Positions 1-15,100 of a stretch of DNA of 64,000 nt are shown one piece after another. The position numbers and the translations under genes are program-made. Within the stretch, counting starts at the first letter, position 1; each line of letters begins with the position of its first letter. Under the pieces are notes generated by a model. It saw nothing but the letters and a program-made list of their open reading frames with translations, did no database searches and was not told the origin of the DNA. Origin of the DNA: Bugula neritina (Eukaryota > Animalia > Bryozoa); contig OZ037769.1 in assembly GCA_964035545.1 (NCBI GenBank), forward strand, positions 15,840,633-15,904,632. The letters run 5' to 3'.

Positions 1-143
1 CTACAGTTAGTGCTTAACTGTTGAATGAAGAACTTTAACTTAACTGTTGAATGAAGAACTAACTAAGTATTCACCATATATGTGTTTACTATGTTGTGTT
101 CATATTCCTGTACTGTATGTTATCTCTTGTGTTCATTTAACAG

Positions 144-3100
144 TTGCAAACAGTGTCCGGTACTGATGTGTCACTAGACTACTACCTCCTAAAGACGGGG
201 GACACGCCCTCCGACCCCACCTGCCACTTTAGTTACAGTAAACGTGATGCTAATGGTAAGGTGCAAGTCTTCTACGACTTTGCAGAGAATGGTGTGGAGC
301 TGGACAGGGTCTATGGTTACGAGTGTTATGTTCCCAATAAGCCAACGGAGAGATCTTCATCTCACCATGTTAGTATTCCTAATATATTCCAGTGGGCAGA
401 TAACTACTTAGATAACTGTGTGGTAGTTTAGTATACAGAAGTGATTCTTCTTTTTACATGCTCCACTCTCCTTGTAGATAGGATGTAATTATACTTGGTG
501 TGTATTTATTGAGGAATAATGTGTATCCGATTATTGTATTTCTAAGAAATCCTTTCTTCCGATAATTAATTTACTGTAATTACTTCGCTATAACTCATGT
601 TGAATAAATAAGTTTAGGAGATGTATTGATTGGATCTTAAGCTCAGCCGTCCCGTCACACGCAATGCTCAGTTATATAGAAGAAAGTTCAAGGTCGTTAG
701 TCGTATTGATTTCCCTCTGCATGTGACTGAGTTTCACATATGCTAAGTCTGTGTGTATGATTTCCCAGGAGTACACGTACTCGTTTGAGATGTACATTGA
801 GAGAGTGCCCGGGGAGCTCGAGCTTGTCATGTTCTATAGAAAGCACATAGATGGTGTAACAGGTCCGCAGAGACTACCAGCAGGATACCCTGAACACAAC
901 TACGCAGGTGTTTATTCTCTTTCTTCCCTATAGAAGGATATGTGTGGGAGTTATGCTCCTTCTCTAAGCAGCATTTCTGTGAATCAGCTTATTCCGAGTT
1001 TTGATTTTCTGATTTACAATTAGCTGCAAATTTCTTTAAAAGTTTTAAAAGAAGAAATATTCGATGTCATATTTTGCACTCTATGCTCAAGTCTGTATTA
1101 TTTTGGCATGAAATAAAAAGGATTGTCTCCACCTGTGTTTTGTAAACTAAAGATTTTTGGTGGAAGGAAATTTAATATTAGTATTGGAATCTTGATGTGT
1201 ATATAATATTGATCATGTAATAATATTTTACAATAAAATAAGGCAGTATAATAGAATACTTTAACTATAATAATATAATATAATAGTATAATATAATAAT
1301 ATAATATAATAATATAATATAATAATATAATATAATAATATAATGTAATAATATAATATAATAATATAATGGAATAATATAATGTAATAATATATTATTA
1401 TGTGTATGACGTTGTAGTGAATCTCCACCTGGTCACAGTAGACATGTTTGGTAACAGAAGAGCTACGTGTCAGCAGCCACACATCGTGCTGCCGCAGAAC
1501 TATACGCTCAACAAGACAGCCACTGATGTCATGTGAGTAGACGTCCTCCCTACTCTTCTAACCCCCCCCCTTCCCCCCTTCCCGACACTGTAGCCCCCTT
1601 CCCGACACTGTAGCCCCTTCCCGACACTGTAGCCCCCTTCCCGACACTGTAGCCCCCTTCCCGACACTGTAGCCCCCTTCCCGACACTGTAGCCCCCTTC
1701 CCGACACTGTAGCCCCTTCCCGACACTGTAGCCCCCTTCCTCCTTGTTGGCAATTGGTTAAAGATCGATTTGTACTATATACTTTATCACTTGTTTGTAA
1801 ATTGAATTACACTTCTGTCTGTCTGTCTGTCTGTCTGTCAGCATAATATTAAGGAAGACATACAGGAAGAAAGTTCGGCAGCACTTGCTTTGATTCAGCT
1901 TACATTTGCAGTTCCATTATTGAATATAATAATGATATATTATGAGCAGCATAACGCCTGTAATATGATTACTAGCTTGGTGCTAGAAGTGCTTCAATTT
2001 TAATGAGAAATCAATATAAACATTACAAGATTGCTGTTGGCCTCTTGCCGTATCGAGTTGATGAAAATGGCGACTCAGCACTTGTCTGTCTTCCCCTTCG
2101 TTAGTAGCAGGTGAACCTCTAATTGGTGGTCCTTCGCTGTTGATGGTAGATACAATTTCTAGAAGATTCCTAATTTGACAGTTACATCATTTGTATGAAG
2201 GATTATACTCATTTCCATATTTCCTTTCTGGAAAGCTGTTTTAATCTCAATTGCATGATGGATGTCAGGATATTTAATTCCTGGATTTGAGTAGGTAGAA
2301 GACATGCAGGTAATGGGTTGCTTACGTCATACACTGGCACAGGTTGTTTCTGTGAGATACAGTAGAGATATAATCAGTAGCTAAGCCCTTGCTTTGGGAT
2401 CAACCATTGAAATCTAGTAATGGAGGAATTCTAATAACTCAAGTTACTTAATTACCCATCAATATTGGTTGAAAATTCCATGGGGAATTATTTTTAATTT
2501 TTTCATTTATTGTTAATGATAACTAATTTGCAGTTTGCATTTGAATTTGAAGACTGATTTTTATTTTTTAGCAAAGTATTTAATTTAAATCAGTTTCAAG
2601 GATATCTGTTCAAATAGAAAAGCCCCCCCATGTGATGCTCTTTTAGCTCTATTTAACTCGGCTTTTATTACAACCTTCATATGCTATACTTGTACAGTGT
2701 GTAGCGAGGACACAACTACTAGCAACTCCCCATGTGTATATTAACAACATTGCTGATACCAGGAAAGTTGTCTAAGAAAACAGCTTTTTGCTAGAAGGTT
2801 CTTTTCTGGTATGTGAAATATTATTGCAGATCTTCATTAACAGTTTGGACCTGGAGGATTTCCAAATGCTTAGCATTGTTAGAATGTTACCACTTCCATA
2901 ATTTTCTTCTGGTGAGACGTTTGTACAGTGACTTTACCGCCATTGTTGACTTTTCATATTCCTCTTCCACCTTGTCAAGTACCTGTAGAGCAGTAGAGTT
3001 GTGTGTGTCGGGGGGGGGGGGGTGGAGGGAGAAAGGGGGAGGGGGTTAATGGTGGTGTGCTCTATTGACAATCTATTCCAAACTGAAACTGAAACTTACT

Positions 3101-6100
3101 TACTCTGCTTCTGGAGATGTGCTAGATTTAGCCTAAGATTTTATACACAAATATAAAATAGTAGGGCAGTGTGCTAATTTCTCCACCACAATTCTAGACT
3201 TTAAATAAGTATTTCAATCTTGCTGTCTTTTTATTAGAAGATTTGGTTGACCAGCACAACATTGCATCACACGAGTTATATAAAAGTTTGTACTCTGCTC
3301 ACTAAATTATTATCTTGGCGACTGTTTGCTCTGTTTTTGTAACGTTGAAGAGTAACACACTCGCTTTGATCTGTAGTGGTAGGCACGCAGCTATGTTGAT
3401 ATTGGACTCACTACACACACCTCACATCCTGTTAGTCTGCTTGTTTTACACACGCAGACTACATAATTAGCAGCTATTTATATAATTCTCACCTCATCCC
3501 TGCTGGCTGTGTGAACATTTCGTAATCATAACTTTTCTGTTGCGCACTTATATTGATAATTAGATTTTGCCGGCAGCATTCTGGTGAGATCGGCAGCGTG
3601 TTGGTGAGAGTGTGACATCTATTTGAACCTACCTTAAGACTGAATATACGCTGCAGGCTGTGATATTCTCTCTCACATCTTCACACTGTCACTCTCAGTG
3701 GCTCCATTTATCTATAAAGCTAGTAACCATGTCTAATTTATGCTCCTGATTGCCTCTAAAACTCAATAATTACCATATAATTTCCTATTCTGTCACTTGC
3801 TTTCTGATAATTCAGCCCTGAAGGTATTTCTAGTGGTAATTGCTTTGATTATTGAACACAGTTACAGTAGTCTGTACTGTATACTACTACATATAATATG
3901 TATTCTGTACAGTATACAGTACACTCTACATTATATACAGTAGTATGTACAGTACACTCTATTGGGTAGTATATATACTGAATTCACTGTCATAAGTGAC
4001 TACAGAGTTTTTGTTGAAATTATAATACACTGCTGTAACAGGTTGACAATAACAAGTGCAAATTTTATGTAAACTAAGAGCATTATGTAGGAGATAGGAA
4101 ATGTTTGACTCCATTATTAGTATATCAGAGCAGCTGTGTCCATTGTGACCTAGTTGAGAGTTTCCTACCTTCTCATTACAAGTGCTATTAGATTACTCAC
4201 TTCTCTATTGTGGTCTATTTTCCTTGATAAGACTGGTTTTTGCTGCTAGTTGTGAGATGAGTCAGAAATTAGACCAGAAATGGACATCTGATAATTTTAC
4301 CTATCTCCCTGGCAATTATGACTCATCAGGCAGCAGTAGATGTTATATTGAGGCAGCAGTAGATATTATATTAAGGCAGCAGTAGATATTATATTAAGGC
4401 AGCAGTAGATATTATATTAAGGCAGCAGTAGATATTATACTGAGGTAGCAGTAGGTATTATATTAAGGTAGCTCTTATAACCCACACACAAGTTTCCAAC
4501 ATGGGACTAACTCTAGTTGTACAGTTTTTTAATATTATAAAATTCAAAAGTTGTCTTACCCACAGTATGTTATAGAGCAAATTAAGCCTGAGGTACTAAC
4601 ACCCTTCTCATGAGTACACTGCTAGCCTGTGTTCTATAACTGATTTCTAGTGGGCTGTCACTTGTATTTCATGTTCCTGTTGGTTTTAGTATCTAGAAAA
4701 AGGGGCTAAGTTCTGTGTCTACAGTTTAAAGAAGTTTTAGCTCTGGTTTTTTGGTCAGCTTGTCAATTGGTTTGTAAAATAATTTCCTCCATCACGGATC
4801 GAACCACAGGCCTCAGACAGCGTGCTAACCATTTCACTATAAGAGCTACAGGAGTAGAGCAACACTACATGGCTTAACACAACTTCCAGCTTTTTGCATT
4901 GTAGATTTTTAGCTTCAGCTGTGTAGATGTCATCTTCTCCCATTAGATTCATCTGATGCTATCGCTGCTGCACTGACATTAAGTAAAGTTTATCTCTCTG
5001 ATCACCCAACTCCCAGTGGTGTTCAGCCCAGCAGCCTATCTGTCATCTTTCCACTCTATAGGTTATTGCTAGTCCTCCACAAGCCGTGGTATTTAAATGT
5101 TTCCACGGAAAGCTATTTTAGAGGCAGCTGACCTAAACAGAACTCCTTTCTAAATATCAACTAGATGTCAGCAATAAGTGTCAGCCATAGGTGTCATGTC
5201 TGCTCAGTCAGTGTCTGGTAGAGGTTACAGATCTGAAATGTCAACATGAAGGATTGAAACGTGTCTTGAAATGCTAAAAAATCCTTCCCTACTTTGCACT
5301 GTGATGGTATATAAACTTTGTGTGTAGCCTTTTGTCTGTTTAGACTTTACATGTTATAAATTTCTAAACTGATTTTTAAAAAAAAATCTATTAGACAGTT
5401 TTAGAGTTGTCTTTTCATAGCTTGAAATTTTGTTTATATATTATTGTGCAAAATGTAAATCTGGTAACTTGAGTTCTGGTTAAAAATATGGTTGGTTTAT
5501 TTGACGGCTGTGATTACGGCAGCACCTGGCAGCATCCAGGTTCCTGTCTCACTTGTAGCCTCGGATAGTTAATCTAGACGTCACTGTGTCACTGTGTCAC
5601 TGTGAAGCTAACAACTTTTCATTCCACAATTTACTTACAGAGAGCAGACTGCCTGATGTATGAATATTCTAGTTTTTTTCAGTTAACATTTAACACCTGC
5701 TGAATTTTGACACAGTACTCCAATCAGCACAGTGCTAAACTGTGGCCAATAATTGTGTTTTGTTAATCAACACCTTAAATAAGAGAGTTGTCTGCTCTAC
5801 TATGGAAACCTTCAGTATCTTATAGCTTAAGTCAGCATTCAGTGACAACTGCTGCCTGAAAAACAGTAGCTCAACTCTGCTGTGAGATAGGACCCTGCTG
5901 TAATCAGCCCAGCTTAGCCCTGTGTTATGGCATGCTGTTTATCAGCTTTGTTAGAAACACACCTATTGTTCTGGCCTACCGAGTTTATCTGCTTTATTAT
6001 CAATGAGTTGTTAGGAACCGCAAATCTAATTATAACGACTCAGTTTTTGACTTCATCATCAATCTGATGAATGAAATATTTCTTGGACAAGCTCTCTTTG

Positions 6101-9100
6101 TCTGCCACGTTTTGTTACGGTTCTTTTAATACGCCATCTGCTTTTTACAATCTAAGCTTCCATCAATCAATGTCTAATTGAGTATTGCAAGAGGTTACAG
6201 TTCAATAGTTATCTTTTCTAGCGTGGGAAAAGGTAATAAAATTTCATTCGAATTACCTAGTAAGCCCCGCCCCTTCTTCCCGCCGCGTACCTATCGCTGC
6301 ACTCTCGTGTGCAATCAATGTACGCGGCCAGCATATATTACAGCTGCATTAGCAAACCATTGAGGTTTCGGTCAGTTGGTGATTTGCTCTTGCAGTTGAA
6401 TGTTGGTTAAAGGATTATTCATTGCTCCCTGATTGTGCTGGTAGTACAAATTATATGCATTGTGGCTGTATTCTTGTAGCTGTAGACTTGTACTATAGTT
6501 CTGGCTATCTTGAGTATCATTTTCAGTAGCACTATCTCATACTCATACTGTGTATCAGTCAGTATCACTATCAGTATGACTATCAGTATCACATTCACTA
6601 TGCCTTACTTCTAGTGCCTAGCATTATTACTATTAGTATAAGTATTACTATTTGTATTATTATAACTAGAGCTCATCAATTTGTCTACTATAAGTATAAT
6701 CATAGACTGATAGAGTGATTGTATCAATATCATACTCACTGATGCTAATATTCTAACGGTAACAGTCTAACTCATAGTTACTAGTACTAGTAGTAATACT
6801 ATGATTAGATGACATTGAATGTTGCAATACTAATACTAATAAATATAAGATGTCATATAAAAATTTATAGTATGGAAAATATTGCTAATATAATAATAAT
6901 TATAAATACTAAGAAACAATACTCAATAGTATTCGCTTACAGTTACTGAACCTGCTAGTGCTTGAACATCACTAGCTACAGTTACTGCCAATAGTTGTAG
7001 AAAAATTTCAGAGTAACGGCTAATTTAATTCACGAATCAATTTTTATAAGTTGTCAGTGTTGCATTTTTATTTATGTCATTCATCATGTTGGTGTGAAAT
7101 GCTTGCCATCAAATCCCTAGTCTGGGTTTTCTTGGACTGACACTAAGTTCTGCTGTTACAGGCACTCTCTGGTCAACTGGAGTCATGAGTTGGACTGGTA
7201 CGACGAGACCAGAAGTTGGGGTGGCGTGTTCACCATCCGCACCAACATTCTGGCCGTCTCTGAGGTGCTCAACCGAGTGGTACAGACTGAGGACTCTCTG
7301 GCGCATGTCCAACAGAGGACCACCACCCGTAGCCAGTTACTCTCTCAGCTTATCTCCACCCCTCACAGATACATGGTGAGGGCAAATCTCTCTCTAATAT
7401 TTCAGTTGTATTCGTTGACTCAATACTTTGTTTTGTGTGGCAATCAAAACTGACTGTTTATTTTGACAAGTGTTTTTGATAAGAACTTCTTGGTGGTTGA
7501 AGTGGTGTCAGTGATCAGGGATAGGTTACCTTTCTAGGAGTGCTTCATTCACTATCTATATGTATTATCTGGTGAAACAATTAACAACTAAGTTTCCTGA
7601 TGGGTTTTTGAACTGGAAAATCAATGAGTTGTGAAGCTTTCTGAAAATGAGAAGCTTATAGGATGCAATAAAAATTCCATGGAGGTTTTAGCTAGATGTT
7701 TTTACTCACTGAATAAATATTTACCCTTTAAATAGAAGGAATTCGGCCTACTAAATGCGGATTCAAAATGCATATCAGGTGATTTGACACTTCTATTGGG
7801 GTAGTTAGAGTTTGTAGCTAGCCCAGGAAATTGCACTAAATTAAACTTATAGTACAGAACCAGCACAAATGTACCACCATGCCCGGTTTAGGCCATTAAT
7901 CACCCTGGTGCGCTGTGTAAAACTCTATCTACTGATACAGCAACTAACCTAGTATTGGTCATTAATGGAGAAGTAATTGAATGACTACATCTAATTATGT
8001 TGAACAGCACAAAGAACTGTATGGGAGTGTTTCATAGTCTCCTGTGTAGATAAGCAATGTATATACATGTAGAGTAAGAAAGTATGTAGAGCATAATAGT
8101 ATATAGAGTATGAAAGTATAATAGTATAGAGTATGAAAGTATAGACTATAGAGTATATAGTATAGACTGTAGAGTATATAGTATAGACTGTAGAGTATAG
8201 ACTTTAGAGTATAGACTGTAGAGTATATAGTATAGACTTTAGAGTATAGACTGTAGAGTATATAGTATAGACTGTAGAGTATATAGTATAGACTGTAGAG
8301 TATAGACTATATAGAAGTTTAGAGTATGAACTGGCAGGTCACTTGCTTTGGCATGTGCTCGGCTAATGAGCCGAATATCAGCCTCAGTACAGGATGTAGC
8401 GTCTACTATAGCCGATTACGTAATCTCAGTGTAGCAGCTATATCCAACCCTGTGTGTAATAGAGATACAACCCTGTGTGTAATGGAGATAGCTGGTGCAG
8501 TCAGGTGGAAATGATTTTATCTTCAGCCGTGAGCCTCGATTTTACAGAATATAACTTACCTTTCTCTACTAGACTTACTACTCTCTAGCTACTACACTGT
8601 ATACAGTATACACTACAGCTACTACACTGTATACAGTATACACTACAGCTACTACACTATATACCGTATACACTACAGCTACTACACTGTATACAGTATA
8701 CACTACAGCTACTACACTGTATACAGTATACACTACAGCTACTACACTGTATACAGTACACACTACAGCTACTACACTGTATACAGTACACACTACAGCT
8801 ACTGCACTGTATACAGTACACACTACAGCTAATACACTGTATACAGTACACACTACAGCTAATACACTGTATACAGTACCACTGACTAGAACAGTAACTA
8901 TTAAAAGTCAGTTTGTCTTACGAGTCATTCTATTTCTCTTATATACAATTAAACCACCTGCTGACACCTTGTTTCTTCATCCTTCATCTTTCACAGCATG
9001 ATGTGTGATTGTCCTGTCCTCTCTCTTCTGTCACACCTGCTATCTCCTGTCACACTTGTTATCTCCTGTCACACCTTCTATCTTCTGTCACACCTGCTAT

Positions 9101-12100
9101 CTCCTGTCACAGTGATATCAGCTACACCTGTGAACAAGTGCCCTACACTTATGAAATGTCCAGTTCTTGGTGGACAATATAAACCTCTGTATGATCAACT
9201 GTCTCTAGAAAATACTTTATCAACACTTGAGGGTATTCTACATGTTCCACAGCTCTACAGTTCTACATGTTCTACAGTTCTACATGTTCTACAGTTCTAC
9301 ATGTTCTACAGTTCTGTATGTTCCACAGTTCTATAGGTTCTGTATGTTATCTTTACAGGCTGAAGTAGAACAGAAGCTGGTAGTTCTGAAGTATATTGTG
9401 AAGGTGAAGTCTGAGGTGAGACTAACTATAGACTGACTATTGTATATTACTAGTATTACTCTAGGTCATCTCACATTGTCATTAAACCTCTTTTAGTTAT
9501 GCTAATTAGTTGAGTACATTCATTTAGTATCCCAGTATCTCACAATAGAGCTACAGCTCGTAGGTAGCCCTAGTACCACAGCTCTTAGCCCTAGAGCCAA
9601 CAGTGCCCTGGGTCAGCTCAGCTAGTAGAAAGACGAGGTTTAAGTCACAATCTCTGCAAAGGGGAGATAATTCTCAATGTATAACATGTTTTAGTTGGAT
9701 GACAACAGTACGATGAAAGCCATGGACCTGCTAGCAGACCTGGTAAGGGCGTTTGTAGACTACGCCCCAACCGACAGGCCTCGCAACGTGACGGCTACGA
9801 CTAACCTCGTCCTCACCATCAGCAGTCAGCTGATGCGGTGCGTCTCTTCTGCCACCTCAGAGGTGTTGCGCAACACTTACAGTGACAGCAGGAAACTGGA
9901 CTACGCCATCAACAGCATGATCATGGTAGGTGCTCAGTCTACAGCTGGTCTGTTTGAGACAAAGAGAGACAATTTCCAAAGGTTTAAAAGAACATACTAA
10001 TACTTCTAGAATGTTTGCTTTACATATGAGTAATTTCTCCACTGTTCTGGCTACGAATGTGAAGTATAAACCATCTCTAGGAAAGCACTTTGTGTCTAAC
10101 ATCTAAACACATTACCTGTTGTATCTAGGCATCACTGAACACGGACTACGTACCCACTGCCAAGCACATTGTCAGCGATGTCAACGGGATGACTATTGTC
10201 TCCCACAAGCACACTCGAGTCAGCGACGAGACCATTAGCCACGGAAACGTCTCGTTTACCATTCCATCTAAGCTACTTGACCATACGCAAGGCATAAAGG
10301 CAAGTACTCCATGTGAATTCCTAAGGGCTCATTGCAGCTGCTATAGTAACTGTTGCTACAGTGTAGACCTTCTCCATAGCATTGTGTAGACCTTCCCCAT
10401 AGCATTGTGTGGATTATGCTGAGTGTCATGTCTCTTGTACAGGATTGCTATTCAACTACGATGATGCAATACCCTGTAAACCCGTTCAAAGCTGGCGTAC
10501 ACAGTGCTGTTACATCCATCAACGTGTTTGACTGCAACGGCAAGGAGATCACCGACATCAGAACAGACGATCTTGATGCCCATGTCGGGTTCGCAGTGCC
10601 GTCATTACATAACGAGGTATGGGCAATGAGGGGCTTCTATCATGTGTCTAATAATTTGCTTTTCACAAATTATATTCTTTGCTTTAAAAGGGGTAAAAAT
10701 AATTTGAAAAGCATGACTTGCTTCAATTTGTTAAAAGCTGTGTACATGGAACTGTACTATGATGTTATTTAGAGTTTAAATAACTTTCAACATGTATTAT
10801 TTTCTGCCTCTGGTACCTGTTGCTAGTGTCACTTGGGCCCATAGAACTTGTTAGCACTGTCATCTGGGCTAGTAGCACCTGTTCATACTGTCACCTGGCC
10901 AGTAGCACCTGCTAGTAGTGTCACCTGGGCCAGATATAGCACCTGTTAGTAGTGTCACCTGGGCCAGATATAGCACCTGCTAGTAGTGTCACTGTAATAT
11001 CTGTCAAGCACTTGTTTCAGGTGTCAGACTCACAAGTGCTGCACTCCCTACACAAAGCAAACATGAACATTCACTCTCTGGACATATCCCGCAGTAAAGA
11101 CAGGTTCCTCAACCTGGTCCTGGAATTTGAGCCGGTGGAAGGTCACAGCTTCCCTATTACCATCCTAATCAGGTGAGGATCCACACTTTGTATGTAACTA
11201 TTGTTTATTTCTATATACAGGTAACCGCACAGGTGTGTGAAATACAGGTGCCACTACCTGCCCACTTGGCTCTTGGCTCAGCATTGTTACCTGCTGTTGA
11301 GCAAAGGTTCAGGTGTGCTGGTGGTGGTCAGGATGATGCAACAGCCAGCCGTTACCTTCTCGCAGCTATCCCAGTGTGCATTGCAACTTGTCTCCAGAAA
11401 TCTCATTAATCAGCTTAACCAGTCAATATGTGGTGTCATGCGTCAGGCAGTGTCACTGCTTACTACGCTATATACTATATACTATCTACTATATACTATA
11501 CTACTATATATTATATACTATACTACTATATACTATACTACTATATACTATACTACTATATATTATATACTATACTACTATATACTATACTATCTACTAT
11601 ATACTATATACTATACTATGCTACTATCTACTATACTACTATATACTATACTATCTACTATATACTATATACTATACTATGCTACTATCTACTATACTAC
11701 TATATACTATATTATACTACTATATACTATATACTATATTATATACTACACTGCTATATTATCTGGTCTCCGTGCTGATTGGCTAAGATCATGTGAACCA
11801 GACGCCTGGATAGTTGTTCAACCTCGAGACTGCTATGTAGGTGAGCAAAGATTCAGGTGTTTGGTTGGCGTGTCCAGTGTTTCATCTACCACCTTCTCTG
11901 TTTGAGATGTGACTGTTGGAAGAGATGAATAGACTGAGATGACATTTCCTCTGTAGGGTATTACTGACTCGGTTTACCTGCAGCCTGGCGAAACAACCTT
12001 CACCTTGCTGGCTCCTAGCTTATCCTTGTTTAGTCTGACAGCTGCTGGACTGTTGGTTGCCATGGAAACCTGTAGTTTGGGATACGATGATCTGATTATG

Positions 12101-15100
12101 TTAATTCAGTTGACGTAATGTACTCTCAGTTGTTAGATACTCTTGTGCGAGAGATAGCATTCCTCTTCTACCATTATCTCTCTCTCAGATGGTTAGCTTG
12201 TGATTCTAAACATTCTTTCATTGTTACAGGAAGGGCAAAGCGCCCACCCCGCACGCCGGAGGCTGGGACAGGAAGTTGACTGTGTACAGTCAGGACCGCC
12301 ACGTCAAATTCTTCCTGGATGATAGCGAGCTCGGCTCTGCTCGAAAGTTGTACGTCGGCCTGGCAGACGCCAAGTTCAACGAGGGCAAGCCCAGAGAGCG
12401 GCAGGTTGGTTTTGTGTTGTCTGGCGCCACCCTGAGCTTAATATAATTTGGGAACTTGGGCTATGTCAGCTTCTTCCTGACTACCTCAACTCCTGTTGGC
12501 CATATTTCAGAATGATACGTCGATATGTAGTCTGTCTGTCTGTCTTCTTGTATTACTCCATCTTTATGATTATTTCTCTATTTTGCCAATTGATTTCTCC
12601 TTATCCCACTACAACTTTTACTAATCACATTCATAGTTATACTCACAGTCACAGTTACACTCACAGTCACACTCATAGTTATACTCACAGTCACAGTTAT
12701 ACTCACACTGCAGATAAAGGAAAGGAACTACACCATGACCAGCTGGTGGAGTGACTGTGTATACTGGGACACACTCATACATGATTGGTCGACTCAAGGA
12801 TGCCGTGTAACTAGTGACACAACGCTGGCCATGACTCACTGCTCGTGTAGTCACATGACTGCCTTCGCCACCAAGCAGGAAGTGGTTAGGGTGAAGGTCA
12901 CCGAAGAAGAGGTGGAGGACTACTTTAAGTGAGATATATGTGCTGATTTGCACTGTAGTGTTATTGTTTACTCCACTTATCACTTTTGACTCTCAGTATG
13001 TTTAACCTTTAGTAGTTGCTCCACTGAGAGTCGTCTGCTGTCAGTATAGTTCCAGAAAGTGCTCTGGTTTTAAAGTATTTGCTGTTTAAAAAGGCAGCCC
13101 AGTCAACAAAACACTGAGAAACATGATTGTAGTGATAACTGCTGCCATTGCTTCTTATGATAGTCTAGACTCTAGTCTAAGTAGGAGTCCCTGGTGTCAA
13201 GGTCGCTTATGGCAGCGACTGTTGAAAGTTACACTGCTGCCGCCAACTCTAGCCACTGATGCAGGCCGACCATCTATTAGGGAGTCTACATCAATACAAT
13301 CTCTCCTCTAATACTAGTAATTAGCTGAGATCAATCTTCTCAACTCAGCCCTAAGTGTTTTCTACTTATAAATTAAATTCCTAATCAGTTTAATTAGTAG
13401 CTGTGTGCGTGCTGAGGGGACGCGCTGTGGGGTCCCTTAGCACACAGCTGACTGTAGCCCTGTAATTACACTGTAATTAGACTAGAGCTTGTTTGCTGTG
13501 CAGTGCTTCTAATCTCTTCCAGGCATCATAACATAAGCTGCTGCCTCCAGTGAAAAGTCAATACATGATGTTGTTCGTGTTATATACTGCTTGTAGTATT
13601 GTATTTACTAATATACTTACTGATATACTTACTAATGCACCTACTAATGTACCTACTACTGTACTTACTACGTACTCTGTGTACTGTAGACTAGAGTACT
13701 AATATACTTACTATGTACTCTGTACTGTAGACTAGAGCACTACCCCACCACCGTAGTCATAGTCTCCATCATAGTACTCACCTACGTGGTGCTGGCGGTA
13801 GTCAGCTATATGGCTGACAGGAAGTGCCCGGTTCAGGAGAGGGTAATTCCAATACAGGACAACAGCTCCACCGACACACAGAGGTACATCATCACCTTGG
13901 AGACGGGGAGTGAGCCGGGATCTGGTACCACCGCCAAGGTACGTACACTTCCTGCTGGTCACCTGCTGGTCACCTGCTGGTCACGTGCTGGTCACCTGCT
14001 GGTCACGTGCTGGTCACCTGCTGGTCATGTGCTGGTGAGGTGATCACATGACTTCTATGAGTGAAATTCATATATCTGTTACAAGTTGCACCATGTGTGT
14101 GTCGTGTCAAAATATACATAAGAATGCTGTTTTTTTCTTTTTGTACTTTATTATTTTTATTTCTTATCTGTGTGGAGTTCTTGAGTGTGAATTTTACAAT
14201 AGTGTGTAAATAGCTTTGTGTTGAATGATATAATATTGCTATGTCACACACATAGACCTAGTATTGCTATGCCACACACATAGACCTAGTGTTGCTATGC
14301 CACACACATAGACCGAGTATTGCTATGTCACACACAGCTGTTGCCACGGTTACTGTTACAGGTCAGCATGGTGCTGCACGGAGAAATCGGAATGTCAGAG
14401 ACGAGGGAGTTGGTGGGGCCAGAGGACTGCCAGGTGTTCCAGACCAACTCTCGGGACACGTTTCTGTTGACCCTCCCCGCCTCTATCGGCCCGATATGGA
14501 AGGTGAGTTGGGCCCCAGTCTAATGTGGAAAGTAAACTGATTATATAAAACTGTCAGAAGTTACATAATCCTGTTAAACAGGCACTTCTTGCCTAATAAA
14601 TGCCGATCCCGTGTGTAATGGCCATTGATTTTGAGATTACATGAGATATTTAGTGAGATTAGAGTGAATCCAATTTAACTTAATGTTTGTATGAAGTATA
14701 TGGGCGAGTGTAATGGGCTTACTGGAGTACAGTGCAGGCATTGTTAATGGAATTTACAAGTTTAATGTCTATCTAATGTTAGGTAAAGCCTTTCTGAGTG
14801 TCTTAATACTAAATTGTGTTGTCACCCCAGTGACGTGTGGAGTGTTTGCCTGGTGTAGGTGCAGCTGTGGCATGACAACAAGGGAGGCAGTCCGGGATGG
14901 TACGTGAAGAGAGTGACGGTGCGGGACATAGAGCACGGCCAGTCATACTACTTCCTGTGCGAGAGGTGGCTGGCCGTAGAGGAGCAGGACGGCAAAGTTG
15001 AGAGGGAGTTTATGGCCTTGGATTCACACATCGGGTTCAACGTGGTGAGTGCGAGGCCGGGACCTCATTCTATTGGCTAGTATTTTGTTGCCTAAGCAAC

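Noticed and set aside
11237-11905. Longest listed ORF in the track (222 aa) and overlapping Tyr-rich ORFs
   Set aside because: It runs through a TACTATA low-complexity intron repeat. The flanking polycystin exons splice in phase without it.
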